A stretch of DNA of 64,000 bases, from contig JACNKR010000063.1 in assembly GCA_014381925.1 (NCBI GenBank), forward strand, positions 2,375 through 66,374, in the 5' to 3' direction. Shown piece after piece: positions 48,890 to 59,092 of the stretch. Made by a program: the position numbers and the translations under genes. Below the pieces are notes generated by a model. That model was given only the letters and a program-made list of their open reading frames with translations. It was not told the DNA's origin and did not search any database. Source of the DNA: Fidelibacterota bacterium (GTDB lineage: Bacteria; Fidelibacterota; Marinisomatia; SCGC-AAA003-L08; GCA-2689995). Numbering within the stretch: the first letter of the stretch is position 1; each line of letters begins with the position of its first letter.

Positions 48890-49582
48890 ATGTTTAATCA
48901 ACAAAATATATATCAAACATCGTCTCGACCAACATCTGCAGAAGCAAGTGCATATATGAATAAAGTTTTTGGATGGATGGGTGGCGGATTACTCATCACT
49001 GCACTTACGGCACATTGGACAGCAAATAATATCGGATTTATTCCTGGCTCATGGTATTTATTTTTATTCATTGGGCAAATATTTTTAGTTTATCGAATTT
49101 CTCGACATGCAATGAATATGTCTGTCAATGGTGCGACGGGCATGTTTCTTCTTTATACAGCCTTAACAGGGGTATCGCTTTCTGGACTAACTATGATTTA
49201 TACTACGGAATCAATCGCAACAACTTTTTTAAGTACTTCTGCCTTATTTGGGGGTATGGCAATTTTTGGTATGACGACTAAAAAAGATTTAACTTCAATG
49301 GGAAGTTTTTTATATATGGGTTTAATTGGAATTATTATTTCATCCATTATTAATATTTTTGTTGGAAGCAATATCATGCAAATGGCAATTTCAGCAATTG
49401 GTGTTATCATTTTTACGGGACTAACTGCTTATGATACTCAGAAAATTCTTCAAATGTATCAAGGTGGTGAAATATATTCTGAAACAGGTACAAAAAAAGC
49501 TATCTTAGGGGCTTTAGTTCTATTTCTTGATTTTATTAATTTATTTATTTTCTTACTTCGATTTTTAGGAAATAGAAGATAA
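48890..49582 (+). CDS. BAX inhibitor-1 / YccA family membrane protein
   Basis: Seven-TM profile, YMNKVFGWMGGGL near the N-terminus, and a C-terminal ...LVLFLDFINLFIFLLRFLGNRR tail typical of the family. Confidence 0.8.
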   Translation: MFNQQNIYQTSSRPTSAEASAYMNKVFGWMGGGLLITALTAHWTANNIGFIPGSWYLFLFIGQIFLVYRISRHAMNMSVNGATGMFLLYTALTGVSLSGLTMIYTTESIATTFLSTSALFGGMAIFGMTTKKDLTSMGSFLYMGLIGIIISSIINIFVGSNIMQMAISAIGVIIFTGLTAYDTQKILQMYQGGEIYSETGTKKAILGALVLFLDFINLFIFLLRFLGNRR

Positions 49583-49665
49583 TTTAAGTTTTTTATTTTT
49601 TATTTGAGTATTATACTAATCTATTCAGAAATTAGTCGGTCAACTATTAATAAAATATTACAATA

Positions 49666-50160
49666 ATGATAAACAAAAATTTAAAATGGATAAAGAATGG
49701 AATATTAAGTATTGGCTTAATATTATTTCTTTACGCAATATATCAAGACCGTTTTGAGTCTTCACTCATATTTGCTTTCACCTCAATTTTAGCATGGTTA
49801 TGCGTAGGCTTATTTTGGGAAGTGGAAAAAAATTATAAATTAATCGGCAATACACTTATTGGTGCTGGATTAATAATTTCAATTTCAATTTTCTTTAATT
49901 TTGGGGTTGAGCCAACGGCAATTCCCCTTGGTGGTTTTGTATTTAATAATGATGGGATTTGGAAAGCATTGTCAATTTTATTCTTATTTCTAGTGTCAGG
50001 ACTATTATTTAGATATATCCAAGAGATTGTACCTGCGCCAATTAATCCATTTATTGATTATGAACCTAAAAATACTGAGCCAAAATTTCAAAGTGATGAT
50101 TGGGATATTATTTCCGAGGAAGAATTATTAATGGAAGATTACGAAAAAATTAAGAATTAA
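49666..50160 (+). CDS. Small four-TM membrane protein with an acidic tail, unknown function
   Basis: ORF with a hydrophobic profile only; no recognisable motif. Confidence 0.35.
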   Translation: MINKNLKWIKNGILSIGLILFLYAIYQDRFESSLIFAFTSILAWLCVGLFWEVEKNYKLIGNTLIGAGLIISISIFFNFGVEPTAIPLGGFVFNNDGIWKALSILFLFLVSGLLFRYIQEIVPAPINPFIDYEPKNTEPKFQSDDWDIISEEELLMEDYEKIKN

Positions 50161-51067
50161 ATTCTCTCAGACTTTGTAAAACACCCCAGCGTAATCCTTT
50201 ATCGCTTACTAACATTTTTTTAATTTTATACTTCTCCATAATTTTTTCACAAATAATACTTCCTGCTAATATTATTTCTGCTCTTTTAGAGTCTAATCCT
50301 TTTATTTTTTTTAAACCGTTTATTTGATTTTTAATAAACTGGTTTTTTAATTTTTTAACATCATCAATTGTTAATATAGATTTATGAATAATTTCTGTAC
50401 AATATCTTTCAAGGCCTAGTTTAACTGAAGATAATGTGGTAATGGTTCCTGCAGTTCCTATTGCCGTATTTATATCATAAAAAGGAACTTTTTCTAATTG
50501 AGAATCAATAAATGATTCAAGTTTAATAACAAGATCATCATTAAATAAAGTCTTTTGTAAAAATAATTCTGTGCATCTTACAGACCCAATATTGATACTT
50601 TCAATGTGAATTATTTTTTCATTATTTAAAAAAATTAATTCAGTGCTTCCACCGCCGATATCAAAAATTAATGATATTTTAGATTTTAAATCAAATTCAT
50701 TTAATGTCGCTTTCCTAACAAAGTTTGCTTCTTGAATTCCAGATATAACTTGAATTTTTATATCAAATTTATTTTTTATTATATCTATTATTTCCTGTCC
50801 ATTTAATGCATCTCGCAAAGCACTTGTAGCAACACAATTAACATTTGTTATATTATTTCTTTTTAATAATTTTGATATAATTTGAAACCCTTGAATACAT
50901 CTAATTATTGCATTATCAGAAATTAAATTAAATTCTGCAATTCCTTCACCAAGTTTAATTATTTGATAGTTTTCTTCACATATTTTAATATTTATTTTAG
51001 ATATAATTGCAATAATCGTAATTAATGAATTTGTACCTAAATCTATTACTGCAACCGATTTATTCAT
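50150..51067 (-). CDS. Ppx/GppA-family phosphatase (ASKHA fold)
   Basis: AVIDLGTNSLITII and FDIGGGSTELIF phosphate-binding motifs. Confidence 0.75.
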   Translation of the reverse strand: MNKSVAVIDLGTNSLITIIAIISKINIKICEENYQIIKLGEGIAEFNLISDNAIIRCIQGFQIISKLLKRNNITNVNCVATSALRDALNGQEIIDIIKNKFDIKIQVISGIQEANFVRKATLNEFDLKSKISLIFDIGGGSTELIFLNNEKIIHIESINIGSVRCTELFLQKTLFNDDLVIKLESFIDSQLEKVPFYDINTAIGTAGTITTLSSVKLGLERYCTEIIHKSILTIDDVKKLKNQFIKNQINGLKKIKGLDSKRAEIILAGSIICEKIMEKYKIKKMLVSDKGLRWGVLQSLREFNS

Positions 51068-52175
51068 TTTTTATTATATCTAAAATTATTTGTGCATTTT
51101 TTAAATCATCTAATCTAGTATTTAATAACAACTTTCTCTTTTCAATCATTTTTGAATCAAATGGTATTTCCATATATGTATTTATTTGGTTTTTAAATTC
51201 ATTTTCAGAGTTACAAATTATACATAGCTCCTCTAATTCTGGAGTAGGAGAAATCATTTTTGAGTTTACAATACAGTGTCTCCCATTAAACAAACTATTA
51301 ATTAATTTTAATTTGACTCCTGTTGCTTGTGATGTTGGTAATATGTTTATTTGAGCCGTTTGAATTAATAAACCCATTTCAGATTGATCAGGGTTATTAA
51401 TAATTTTAATGTTTTTATTTTTATTTAAAGATAATTTTTTTGACGCATTTATTCCTGCAATGATCAATGGAATATCTAATGTGTTAAAAATATTATTAAT
51501 TAAAAATTTAGCTGAATTTGTATTTTCACTTACATTAAAATTTCCATGGAATAGAACAAACTTTCCCTTACCCTTTAAACTTTTAATTTCATTATTTCCA
51601 TGAAATGGTAAGACTGTTTTAATATTTTTATTAAATGCATTATAAAAATTTCTATCATTATCAGAAATGGAAAATATATAATTAAACTGTTCTAGCTTTT
51701 TCTCAAAAAATTTATATTTAATTGATTCTAAAAACAACCCTCCTTTTTTTATTATTCTATTTTCTGATATGGCTAATCTTTTTAAATATTCAGATTCAAT
51801 ATTATGAATTCGTAAATATTTTTCTCTATTTATAAAATCATCATGCATTGAAATAGAAGAGCTTTGTAAGCCATCAAAAAATATTGGATATTCATTTTTA
51901 TTTAAATTATTAATTAATTTTTTTGATGTTCTTGATTCAACTAAAAATGGGTTTTTACTAAACAATTGTGTATTAATATTATTTATTCGTGGATAATAAT
52001 ATACCCTTTCGCAATATTCTTCTAATTCAATAGCCATAACTCTATCTGAATAAAAACAGTGAAGATATGTTTTACAACCTAATATTGAAAAAGCTTTAAT
52101 TTTATAAAATATATCAATTGCTCCTCCGTAATTTGGAGGATATGGAATGTCTAAACTAATAAAGTTTATTTTCAT
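51060..52175 (-). CDS. Glycosyltransferase (GT-B, family 1/4-like)
   Basis: N-terminal ISLDIPYPPNYGGAIDIFYKIKAF motif and locus context. Confidence 0.5.
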   Translation of the reverse strand: MKINFISLDIPYPPNYGGAIDIFYKIKAFSILGCKTYLHCFYSDRVMAIELEEYCERVYYYPRINNINTQLFSKNPFLVESRTSKKLINNLNKNEYPIFFDGLQSSSISMHDDFINREKYLRIHNIESEYLKRLAISENRIIKKGGLFLESIKYKFFEKKLEQFNYIFSISDNDRNFYNAFNKNIKTVLPFHGNNEIKSLKGKGKFVLFHGNFNVSENTNSAKFLINNIFNTLDIPLIIAGINASKKLSLNKNKNIKIINNPDQSEMGLLIQTAQINILPTSQATGVKLKLINSLFNGRHCIVNSKMISPTPELEELCIICNSENEFKNQINTYMEIPFDSKMIEKRKLLLNTRLDDLKNAQIILDIIKNE

Positions 52176-53275
52176 TAATTAAATTTCATTACCTTTAAAA
52201 AAATTGACGCCTGTGAATCCCAAGTAAAATTTTGTTCAACTGTTTTTTTAATTTCATCTTTATTTTCCCATGATAAGAGTTTTGAAATTGCATTTAAATG
52301 TGACTCATAATTTGTTGGATTAACAGCTAAACCTAAATTATAATTTTCTGTATATTTTTTTAATTCTGGAAAATCGCTTGATATTGTTGGAATTCCAGCT
52401 AAACCATATTCAAATAATTTATTTGGCAAGGCTTGCATATAGCTTTGACTTATCGGCTGAATTAATGAGAATCCAATATCTGCCTGGTTTGTAATGCTTA
52501 ATAATTCTTCATATGGTATATTGCCAATAAAAAAGGTTCTATTATGTACTTTTATTTTATCAGCTAATTTTTCAAGTTGAGTTTTATATTCTCCATCACC
52601 TATTATAACAGCAACACATTCTTTAAAATCTATTAATAAATTTATCATTTCGTCTATGCCTCTGCCTTTTTGAATGGCTCCTTGATAAATAAATATTTTA
52701 TATTTAGGTGAAATATTAAACCGTTTCCGAATGTTAATATATGTTGTTTTAATTTGGTTGTTGGGTAAATTATATATTATTTCAATTTCTTTTTCACCAT
52801 ATCGATCAATTAAATAAGATTTATCTGATTTTGCAGTAACAATTACTTTATTTATTTTTTTATAAAAAACCCGTTCATACATCGACCAAAATAATTGTTT
52901 AAATGGTTTTTTTATTAACCCTGCTAGCTTCGAATAAAGTTCTCTAGAATCATAAATTTTAATACATTTTTGATTTTGATTAGCACAAACAGCCAATGAA
53001 AATAAATCTCCTGCTATAAATATATCGGGATTAATTGATTTTGACAAAGCTTGTACCTTGCAATGAAAATTCCAATATCGACGAATGCCATTATTTGATT
53101 TTGTATCAATATAATGAATATTAAAGATATCACTTTTAACAATCCCATCACTTTTTTCATTTAAAATGGTAACCTTAAACCCTGATTTACTCAATGTTTC
53201 CGCCATATTTAAAGACCTGGCATCATATTTTATATTACCAAGAAATGCAATAATTACAGATTTTTTAGTTTTCAT
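52175..53275 (-). CDS. Glycosyltransferase family 4
   Basis: GT-B C-terminal region ...FIGNIPYEELLSITNQADIGFSL...LPNKLFEYGLAGIPTISSDFPE (E-x7-E-like). Confidence 0.7.
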   Translation of the reverse strand: MKTKKSVIIAFLGNIKYDARSLNMAETLSKSGFKVTILNEKSDGIVKSDIFNIHYIDTKSNNGIRRYWNFHCKVQALSKSINPDIFIAGDLFSLAVCANQNQKCIKIYDSRELYSKLAGLIKKPFKQLFWSMYERVFYKKINKVIVTAKSDKSYLIDRYGEKEIEIIYNLPNNQIKTTYINIRKRFNISPKYKIFIYQGAIQKGRGIDEMINLLIDFKECVAVIIGDGEYKTQLEKLADKIKVHNRTFFIGNIPYEELLSITNQADIGFSLIQPISQSYMQALPNKLFEYGLAGIPTISSDFPELKKYTENYNLGLAVNPTNYESHLNAISKLLSWENKDEIKKTVEQNFTWDSQASIFLKVMKFN

Positions 53276-54191
53276 TGTTTGTTAAATTTAATCGTCTAAT
53301 AAATCTTATAAATTTATAAAATACTTTGGGGTAACCAAAAACGGTCATAAAATAGTAAAAAATATTTTTAATATTAAAAAAAGAAACAATATATGCCAAT
53401 TTATAATTTTTTCGCGCTTCATTTAAATTATTTGCATTTTCCCATAAACGTGCAATTCTACGATAATGATCTGAAAGTGTATTATTTCCAACCTGATTTA
53501 ATATTATATTTTTATGTTTTTCAACAATTATTTGGTAACCAATCGCTGATTTTTTATAATCTGAAGTTATACTATCATTTTGAATTTTCCAAGTAACTAA
53601 AACTTCATTTACATTGGAAAAACTAACCCCTTTTAAAAATAATTGAATTATAAAATCCCATTCTTGTGAAGAAATTAATTTTTCATTTATATAATTTTCT
53701 ATATCTGGAATTGATTCTTTATGAATCAACATACATTGAAATAATGGGCCTGGACATATTAATATTTGATTCAATTCAGTTTTGGTATATTTCATTAGAG
53801 AGTGTTTAATTTTATTTTCACCTCTTACTTCCAAAAAATCACATAAAACTACAGGGGTTTTTAACTTTAAATATAAATCAAATTGTTTTTCTAATTTATT
53901 TTTATGATATAAATCATCAGAATCTAAAAATGCTAAAAAGACTCCGTTAGAAAGTTGTATTCCTTTTTTTCTAGCAATAGGAGATCCTTGGTTTGATGGT
54001 AATTTATAATAATAAATTCGTTTTTCATTAAAACTTGATACTAATTTTTCAGTTTCATCTATTGACCCATCATCTACAATTATTAATTCCCAATTTTTAT
54101 ATGATTGTAAAATTACACTTTCAATAGATTTTTTAATTGTATTTGCTCTATTAAATGTTGGCATAATAATTGAAATTAATGAATTTAACAT
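53265..54191 (-). CDS. Glycosyltransferase family 2
   Basis: ISIIMPTFNRANTIKKSIESVILQSYKNWELIIVDDGSID and FLDSDD (DxD). Confidence 0.8.
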   Translation of the reverse strand: MLNSLISIIMPTFNRANTIKKSIESVILQSYKNWELIIVDDGSIDETEKLVSSFNEKRIYYYKLPSNQGSPIARKKGIQLSNGVFLAFLDSDDLYHKNKLEKQFDLYLKLKTPVVLCDFLEVRGENKIKHSLMKYTKTELNQILICPGPLFQCMLIHKESIPDIENYINEKLISSQEWDFIIQLFLKGVSFSNVNEVLVTWKIQNDSITSDYKKSAIGYQIIVEKHKNIILNQVGNNTLSDHYRRIARLWENANNLNEARKNYKLAYIVSFFNIKNIFYYFMTVFGYPKVFYKFIRFIRRLNLTNNEN

Positions 54192-55588
54192 TTATTCCTT
54201 TGCACAATTACCGCACCACTTAAAAAATAAATTATATAAATTAATATTGAAACCTGAATAGGAAAATTAAAGAGGGTGCTAGAAATATATATTATCATGC
54301 CAAATATAAAAAACCCAAAGATTAAGCTCCATTGAAATGGAATGTGGAATAACCTATTAGACCTAAAATAAAGAGGAATAATCATCAACCCAAATGAAAT
54401 TGCCGTTGCAATTCCAGCCCCCATTGCGCCAAACTTAGGTATAAGTAAAATATTTAATATTATATTGATAAATGCACCAAACCCTCTGTATAGAGAGAGT
54501 AATTTTGTTTTACCCGAATAATAAATTCCAGGCATTAATAAATTATAAAACCCAAGAAAGATATAACCCAACATAATTATTGGAATAATTTGTGAGCCTT
54601 CCCAAAACTCTTTTCCAATAATATAAATATTAAAAATACGAATTTGAATTAACCTATCAATAAATAAAACAAAAAAGATCCACACTAAAAGCAAAAAAAT
54701 TGTAAAATACAATGAAATTTTTGAAAATACAGAAGAGGCATCAATGTCATTTTCTTTTTTAAGAAAATAGGGATCCCACCCCAGTTGAAATCCATTTACT
54801 AAAAACAACATTAAGCTTCCAATTTTATAACTAGCACTATAAATTCCTACCGTTTCACTATTTGTCATCCATAGTAAAATATATCTATCAGACATATCCA
54901 TAACAATTTTTAAAATAATTGCAGGAAATATAGGAAGTGCAAAACGAAGAAGTATTTTTAATTTTTTAGAGGAAAACTTTTTAAAATTGATATTTTGAAA
55001 GAGATAGGGAGATACAAGAATAAAAGTAATAACAGAGCCAGACAATGTTCCATATAATGCACCAACAACACCCATGTTATATTTTATAACAAGAACTAGA
55101 TTAACACAAAAAGTAATAATAACACTGATCATTGCAATAAATAAATATCTATAAGATTGATTATTCGCTCTAATTATTATCATTGTTCTAAATGTAAATA
55201 CATCAAAAAATAAAATTAATGAAGATATTTTTATATAATTAGAATATAATCCTCTTAATAATAATTGTGATATTGAATCTGAAAATATCCAAAGAATTCC
55301 TGAAATAATTATAGCTGAAAATGTCAATGAGGCATAAATAGAGGTACAAATTATCTCTTTATCTTCTCCTTTTTTAACATAATATTTTAATAATGCCGAA
55401 TCAAGTCCATAACTATAAAAAACTTGTAAAAATGTAATAAAAGTAAAAACTAAGGCATAAACACCATATTCTTCTTTTGTGAGAATATTTGTAAATAATG
55501 GTAATAATAAAAATGATACTGCACGTATTGAAATGTAACCAATTCCATAAATTAAAGACTCTTTACCAAATTGTTTTAATGTTGACAA
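54185..55588 (-). CDS. Oligosaccharide flippase (Wzx / MOP superfamily)
   Basis: About 12-14 TM segments and the typical N-terminal FGKESLIYGIGYISIRAVSFLLLPLFTNILTKEEYG. Confidence 0.75.
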   Translation of the reverse strand: MSTLKQFGKESLIYGIGYISIRAVSFLLLPLFTNILTKEEYGVYALVFTFITFLQVFYSYGLDSALLKYYVKKGEDKEIICTSIYASLTFSAIIISGILWIFSDSISQLLLRGLYSNYIKISSLILFFDVFTFRTMIIIRANNQSYRYLFIAMISVIITFCVNLVLVIKYNMGVVGALYGTLSGSVITFILVSPYLFQNINFKKFSSKKLKILLRFALPIFPAIILKIVMDMSDRYILLWMTNSETVGIYSASYKIGSLMLFLVNGFQLGWDPYFLKKENDIDASSVFSKISLYFTIFLLLVWIFFVLFIDRLIQIRIFNIYIIGKEFWEGSQIIPIIMLGYIFLGFYNLLMPGIYYSGKTKLLSLYRGFGAFINIILNILLIPKFGAMGAGIATAISFGLMIIPLYFRSNRLFHIPFQWSLIFGFFIFGMIIYISSTLFNFPIQVSILIYIIYFLSGAVIVQRNKC

Positions 55589-55631
55589 AATTGCCTGATG
55601 TTTTTAATTATTTGTGAAATAGTAATAATAT

Positions 55632-56606
55632 TTATTTTATCTTTTTACGGTAAGCTCTTCTTAAGAACCCTGTCGCCCCAAATTGTTCTTTAAATTGGAT
55701 TAAAGATTTATGCGGTGAAAGCGGGTTATTATTTAATGGTAATTGAGACACTCCAAAGTCTAGCCATTTATAATTTTCAGCTTTTGCCCAATTTATTGTC
55801 TCAACAATTAGGTGTGTCGCTGGCTGTTGTCCTGCATATTCATAATTAATCATATTATAAAAAATAATTACAACATCATTATTTGCAATAAAATTCAATG
55901 TCCCACCAATAGCGGTGTTATTTTTATACAGCATCAATAATTTTATTTTTTCAGGAAATCGCTTATATAATAATTTTAACTCTTCTAAAGAGTGTGTTGG
56001 TGTAATCTTATGTTTCTTTTTATTTTTTAATAAAATTGGATAAAACTGATCAAAGTCATTATTCCACTCTAAATTATAACAATCATTTAATGGTTTTTTT
56101 ATATATCTTTTTTTTCTTTTATGAATTCTTTTAAGAGGGGAGCCAATTAAATTAATTGCAGAAGAAATATAAATTTCATCCGTTGAGTAATTATTCCACT
56201 TTAAGGAATACTCAATTGTTTCATCATATTTTTTTCCATAAATTGAAGGGGGTTGAATTAAAAAAACTTCATTAATTAATGTAGATTTTAAATAATTCTC
56301 AAAACTAGCTATTACAGATTCAACCAAATCAAATGAATATTTATTAAACACAAAACCACCATAACTCGCACCTGGGTGTGAATGAAGAATTATATTATTA
56401 TTATTGATTTTTTTTTCAGAAGCAGAGAATACCGCAATTAATTGATTTTTTTTATAAAACATCAAGGAATGGTCAATAAATTTTCGACCAATATGATATG
56501 TTAAGAAATCTCTTTCATGGAAAATTGTTCCATTATCCGATGATTTGATAAATTTATCCCATTCCTTTTTTAAGGAAATTTCATATTTTCTTATTGTAAT
56601 TATCAT
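55632..56606 (-). CDS. FemAB / BioF2-like (Acetyltransf_6-type) GNAT-fold protein
   Basis: W..F......GTIFH...FL.YH N-terminal pattern and C-terminal YKWLDFGVS...LIQFKEQFG, resembling FemAB-like peptidyl/acyl transferases. Confidence 0.5.
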   Translation of the reverse strand: MIITIRKYEISLKKEWDKFIKSSDNGTIFHERDFLTYHIGRKFIDHSLMFYKKNQLIAVFSASEKKINNNNIILHSHPGASYGGFVFNKYSFDLVESVIASFENYLKSTLINEVFLIQPPSIYGKKYDETIEYSLKWNNYSTDEIYISSAINLIGSPLKRIHKRKKRYIKKPLNDCYNLEWNNDFDQFYPILLKNKKKHKITPTHSLEELKLLYKRFPEKIKLLMLYKNNTAIGGTLNFIANNDVVIIFYNMINYEYAGQQPATHLIVETINWAKAENYKWLDFGVSQLPLNNNPLSPHKSLIQFKEQFGATGFLRRAYRKKIK

Positions 56607-56720
56607 TTATTCTGTGGTTCGCCTGTTTGTAAATTACCCTGTTTCCAATTTGATAATGAATGATAATGTTCCAAATATTTTTATTATTTATCAAACCAAA
56701 ATTTAAAAGGAATTTTTATT

Positions 56721-58013
56721 ATGAGTACAATAAATAAAGTTATAGCACGACAAATCCTTGATTCTCGAGGAAATCCAACGGTTGAAGTTGATGTGATATT
56801 GAAAAATAATACAATTGGTCGGTTTGCAGTTCCTAGCGGGGCATCTACAGGTGAATATGAAGCACACGAGCTTCGCGATGGGGGAAACAATTTCATGGGT
56901 AAGGGGGTGCAATCAGCTGTTGACAATATCCACAATATAATTGCCCCTCAATTATTAGGATTAGATGTATCAAACCAAGAAGAAATTGATCGAAAAATGA
57001 TAGGTTTAGATGGCACTGAAAATAAATCTAACCTAGGAGCAAATGCAATTTTAGGAGTTTCTTTAGCCTGTGCACGTGCTAATGCTAATTCCAACCACCA
57101 ATTTTTATTTGAATATATTTCACCAATATTCAAAAGTGAATTTCTACTACCTGTTCCAATGATGAATATAATTAATGGTGGACAACATGCAGATAATAAA
57201 GTTGATATACAAGAGTTTATGATTTACCCATTAGGAGCAAACTCATTTTCTCATAGTTTACAAATTGGAAATGAAATTTTTCATAATCTAAAATCAGTTC
57301 TTAAATCTAAAGGATTGAATACTGCCGTGGGAGATGAAGGAGGGTTTGCGCCAGATTTAAAATCTAATGAAGAAGCCATTGAGGTGATAATAAAAGCTGT
57401 AAAACAAGCTGGATACCAAATGGAAAAAGATGTATTTTTATCTTTAGATGTTGCCGCAAGTGAATTATATAACCCCGATACAAAAAAATATCATCTTGAA
57501 TCTGATGATGAAGCATATAATTCAACTGAAATGATAGATTATTTAATTGGGCTTTCAAAAAAATATCCAATTATATCAATTGAAGACGGATTAGATGAAA
57601 ATGACTGGAGTGGCTGGGAAGAATTAACAAAAAAAATTGGTGAGAATGTTCAAATTGTAGGAGACGACCTAACTGTCACTAATCCAAAAAAGCTAAAAAA
57701 AGCCATCAATAATAATTCTATTAACGCTATTCTAATAAAATTGAACCAAATTGGAACATTAACTGAAACATTAGAAACAATAAGAATAGCTAAAAATGCA
57801 AATTATGGATCTGTTATTTCTCATCGTTCAGGGGAAACAGAAGATACAACAATTGCTGATTTGGCAGTAGGTACAGGTGTTGGGCAAATAAAAACGGGTT
57901 CTCTCTCTAGAACAGATAGAATTGCAAAATATAATCAATTATTAAGAATTGAAGAAAAACTAGGCAAACGTGCTATATTTGCAACGATGGAAATGTTAGG
58001 ATTTAACAAATAA
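56721..58013 (+). CDS. eno: Enolase (phosphopyruvate hydratase)
   Basis: [48 protein letters not shown]; full length of 430 aa. Confidence 0.95.
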   Translation: MSTINKVIARQILDSRGNPTVEVDVILKNNTIGRFAVPSGASTGEYEAHELRDGGNNFMGKGVQSAVDNIHNIIAPQLLGLDVSNQEEIDRKMIGLDGTENKSNLGANAILGVSLACARANANSNHQFLFEYISPIFKSEFLLPVPMMNIINGGQHADNKVDIQEFMIYPLGANSFSHSLQIGNEIFHNLKSVLKSKGLNTAVGDEGGFAPDLKSNEEAIEVIIKAVKQAGYQMEKDVFLSLDVAASELYNPDTKKYHLESDDEAYNSTEMIDYLIGLSKKYPIISIEDGLDENDWSGWEELTKKIGENVQIVGDDLTVTNPKKLKKAINNNSINAILIKLNQIGTLTETLETIRIAKNANYGSVISHRSGETEDTTIADLAVGTGVGQIKTGSLSRTDRIAKYNQLLRIEEKLGKRAIFATMEMLGFNK

Positions 58014-58327
58014 TGGCTCGAAAAGTGAAAAATATAAATGATACAAATTGGTCACTATTAATTTGGTCATCAGCATTTATGTTTTTTATAATTCATTTAG
58101 TTTTTAATGATTTAGGGTTAGTAAAAATGTTTGAATTAAAATCTAAACGGAATGAGCTTATAGCAGAAATTCAAAAGTTAGAACTAGAAATAATAGAGCA
58201 AACTGAAACATCAAACAGACTAAAATATGATTATGAATATATTGAGAATATTGCTCGAAAACGATTTAGAATGGTTAAAAAAGGAGAGAAAGTTTATAGA
58301 GTACGAGACGAACGAACTATAAAATAA
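58013..58327 (+). CDS. ftsB: Septum formation initiator (FtsB/DivIC family)
   Basis: Single TM followed by a coiled coil (LKSKRNELIAEIQKLELEIIEQ). Conserved position after eno; TAATG overlap. Confidence 0.65.
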   Translation: MARKVKNINDTNWSLLIWSSAFMFFIIHLVFNDLGLVKMFELKSKRNELIAEIQKLELEIIEQTETSNRLKYDYEYIENIARKRFRMVKKGEKVYRVRDERTIK

Positions 58328-58342
58328 AAAACGTAAAAATAA

Positions 58343-59092
58343 ATGAAAAATGTCCTTATTACCCTAGTATTAGGAGTAATAAACTCTGTTATACAGGCTG
58401 CGTTTGAACCAATTCTATTTAATCCTAAAATAGAAAATATAACAGCCTATAATAATACAATCAAAATAACAGGGTTTACCTCTACTCCATTTAATTTCAA
58501 TTCACTGAATTCTAATTATTTAATTGCTGAATTAAATTTAAAAAAACATTCATTCCTAATAAATTCAAATAAATTAGGCGGCTCCATATATTCTGAAAAT
58601 CAAATTTCTTTTCACTATAAAGCACCACCAAAATTTCTATATAGGTCTATTGTTGGAATTAATTATTACCAAATTCTTATAAAAAATTACGGCTCTGCAA
58701 ATTTAATTACAGCAGATATAGGCCTTTCTTTCCACCTAAAGCCAAATTTAAAATCCGCTGTTTTATTTCAAAATATTTTAAAAAATACAGCAAGTATTAT
58801 CCACGATGAGATATCAAGTAATATAATATTTATAATTAATGACAGGGTGTTGCCATCTTTACAAATTAATTATCAATTACATCGATTAGGTGGACGCTAT
58901 AATTTGAATTTATTTTCAATTGATTGGGCAGTCTTAAAAACCATTCAAGTCGGTGCAGGATATGAAACATATACACAAAGTTTAAAATTTTCTTCACACA
59001 TTAAAACAAAACATTTTTCAATGTTTATTGAAAATATTATTCATCCAACCTTAGGGGTTTCAAAAATTATAGGCTTTGAAATTATCTACTAA
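58343..59092 (+). CDS. Predicted outer-membrane beta-barrel protein, unknown family
   Basis: Signal peptide (VINSVIQA), alternating hydrophobic beta-strand pattern, C-terminal ...GFEIIY aromatic end. Confidence 0.35.
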   Translation: MKNVLITLVLGVINSVIQAAFEPILFNPKIENITAYNNTIKITGFTSTPFNFNSLNSNYLIAELNLKKHSFLINSNKLGGSIYSENQISFHYKAPPKFLYRSIVGINYYQILIKNYGSANLITADIGLSFHLKPNLKSAVLFQNILKNTASIIHDEISSNIIFIINDRVLPSLQINYQLHRLGGRYNLNLFSIDWAVLKTIQVGAGYETYTQSLKFSSHIKTKHFSMFIENIIHPTLGVSKIIGFEIIY

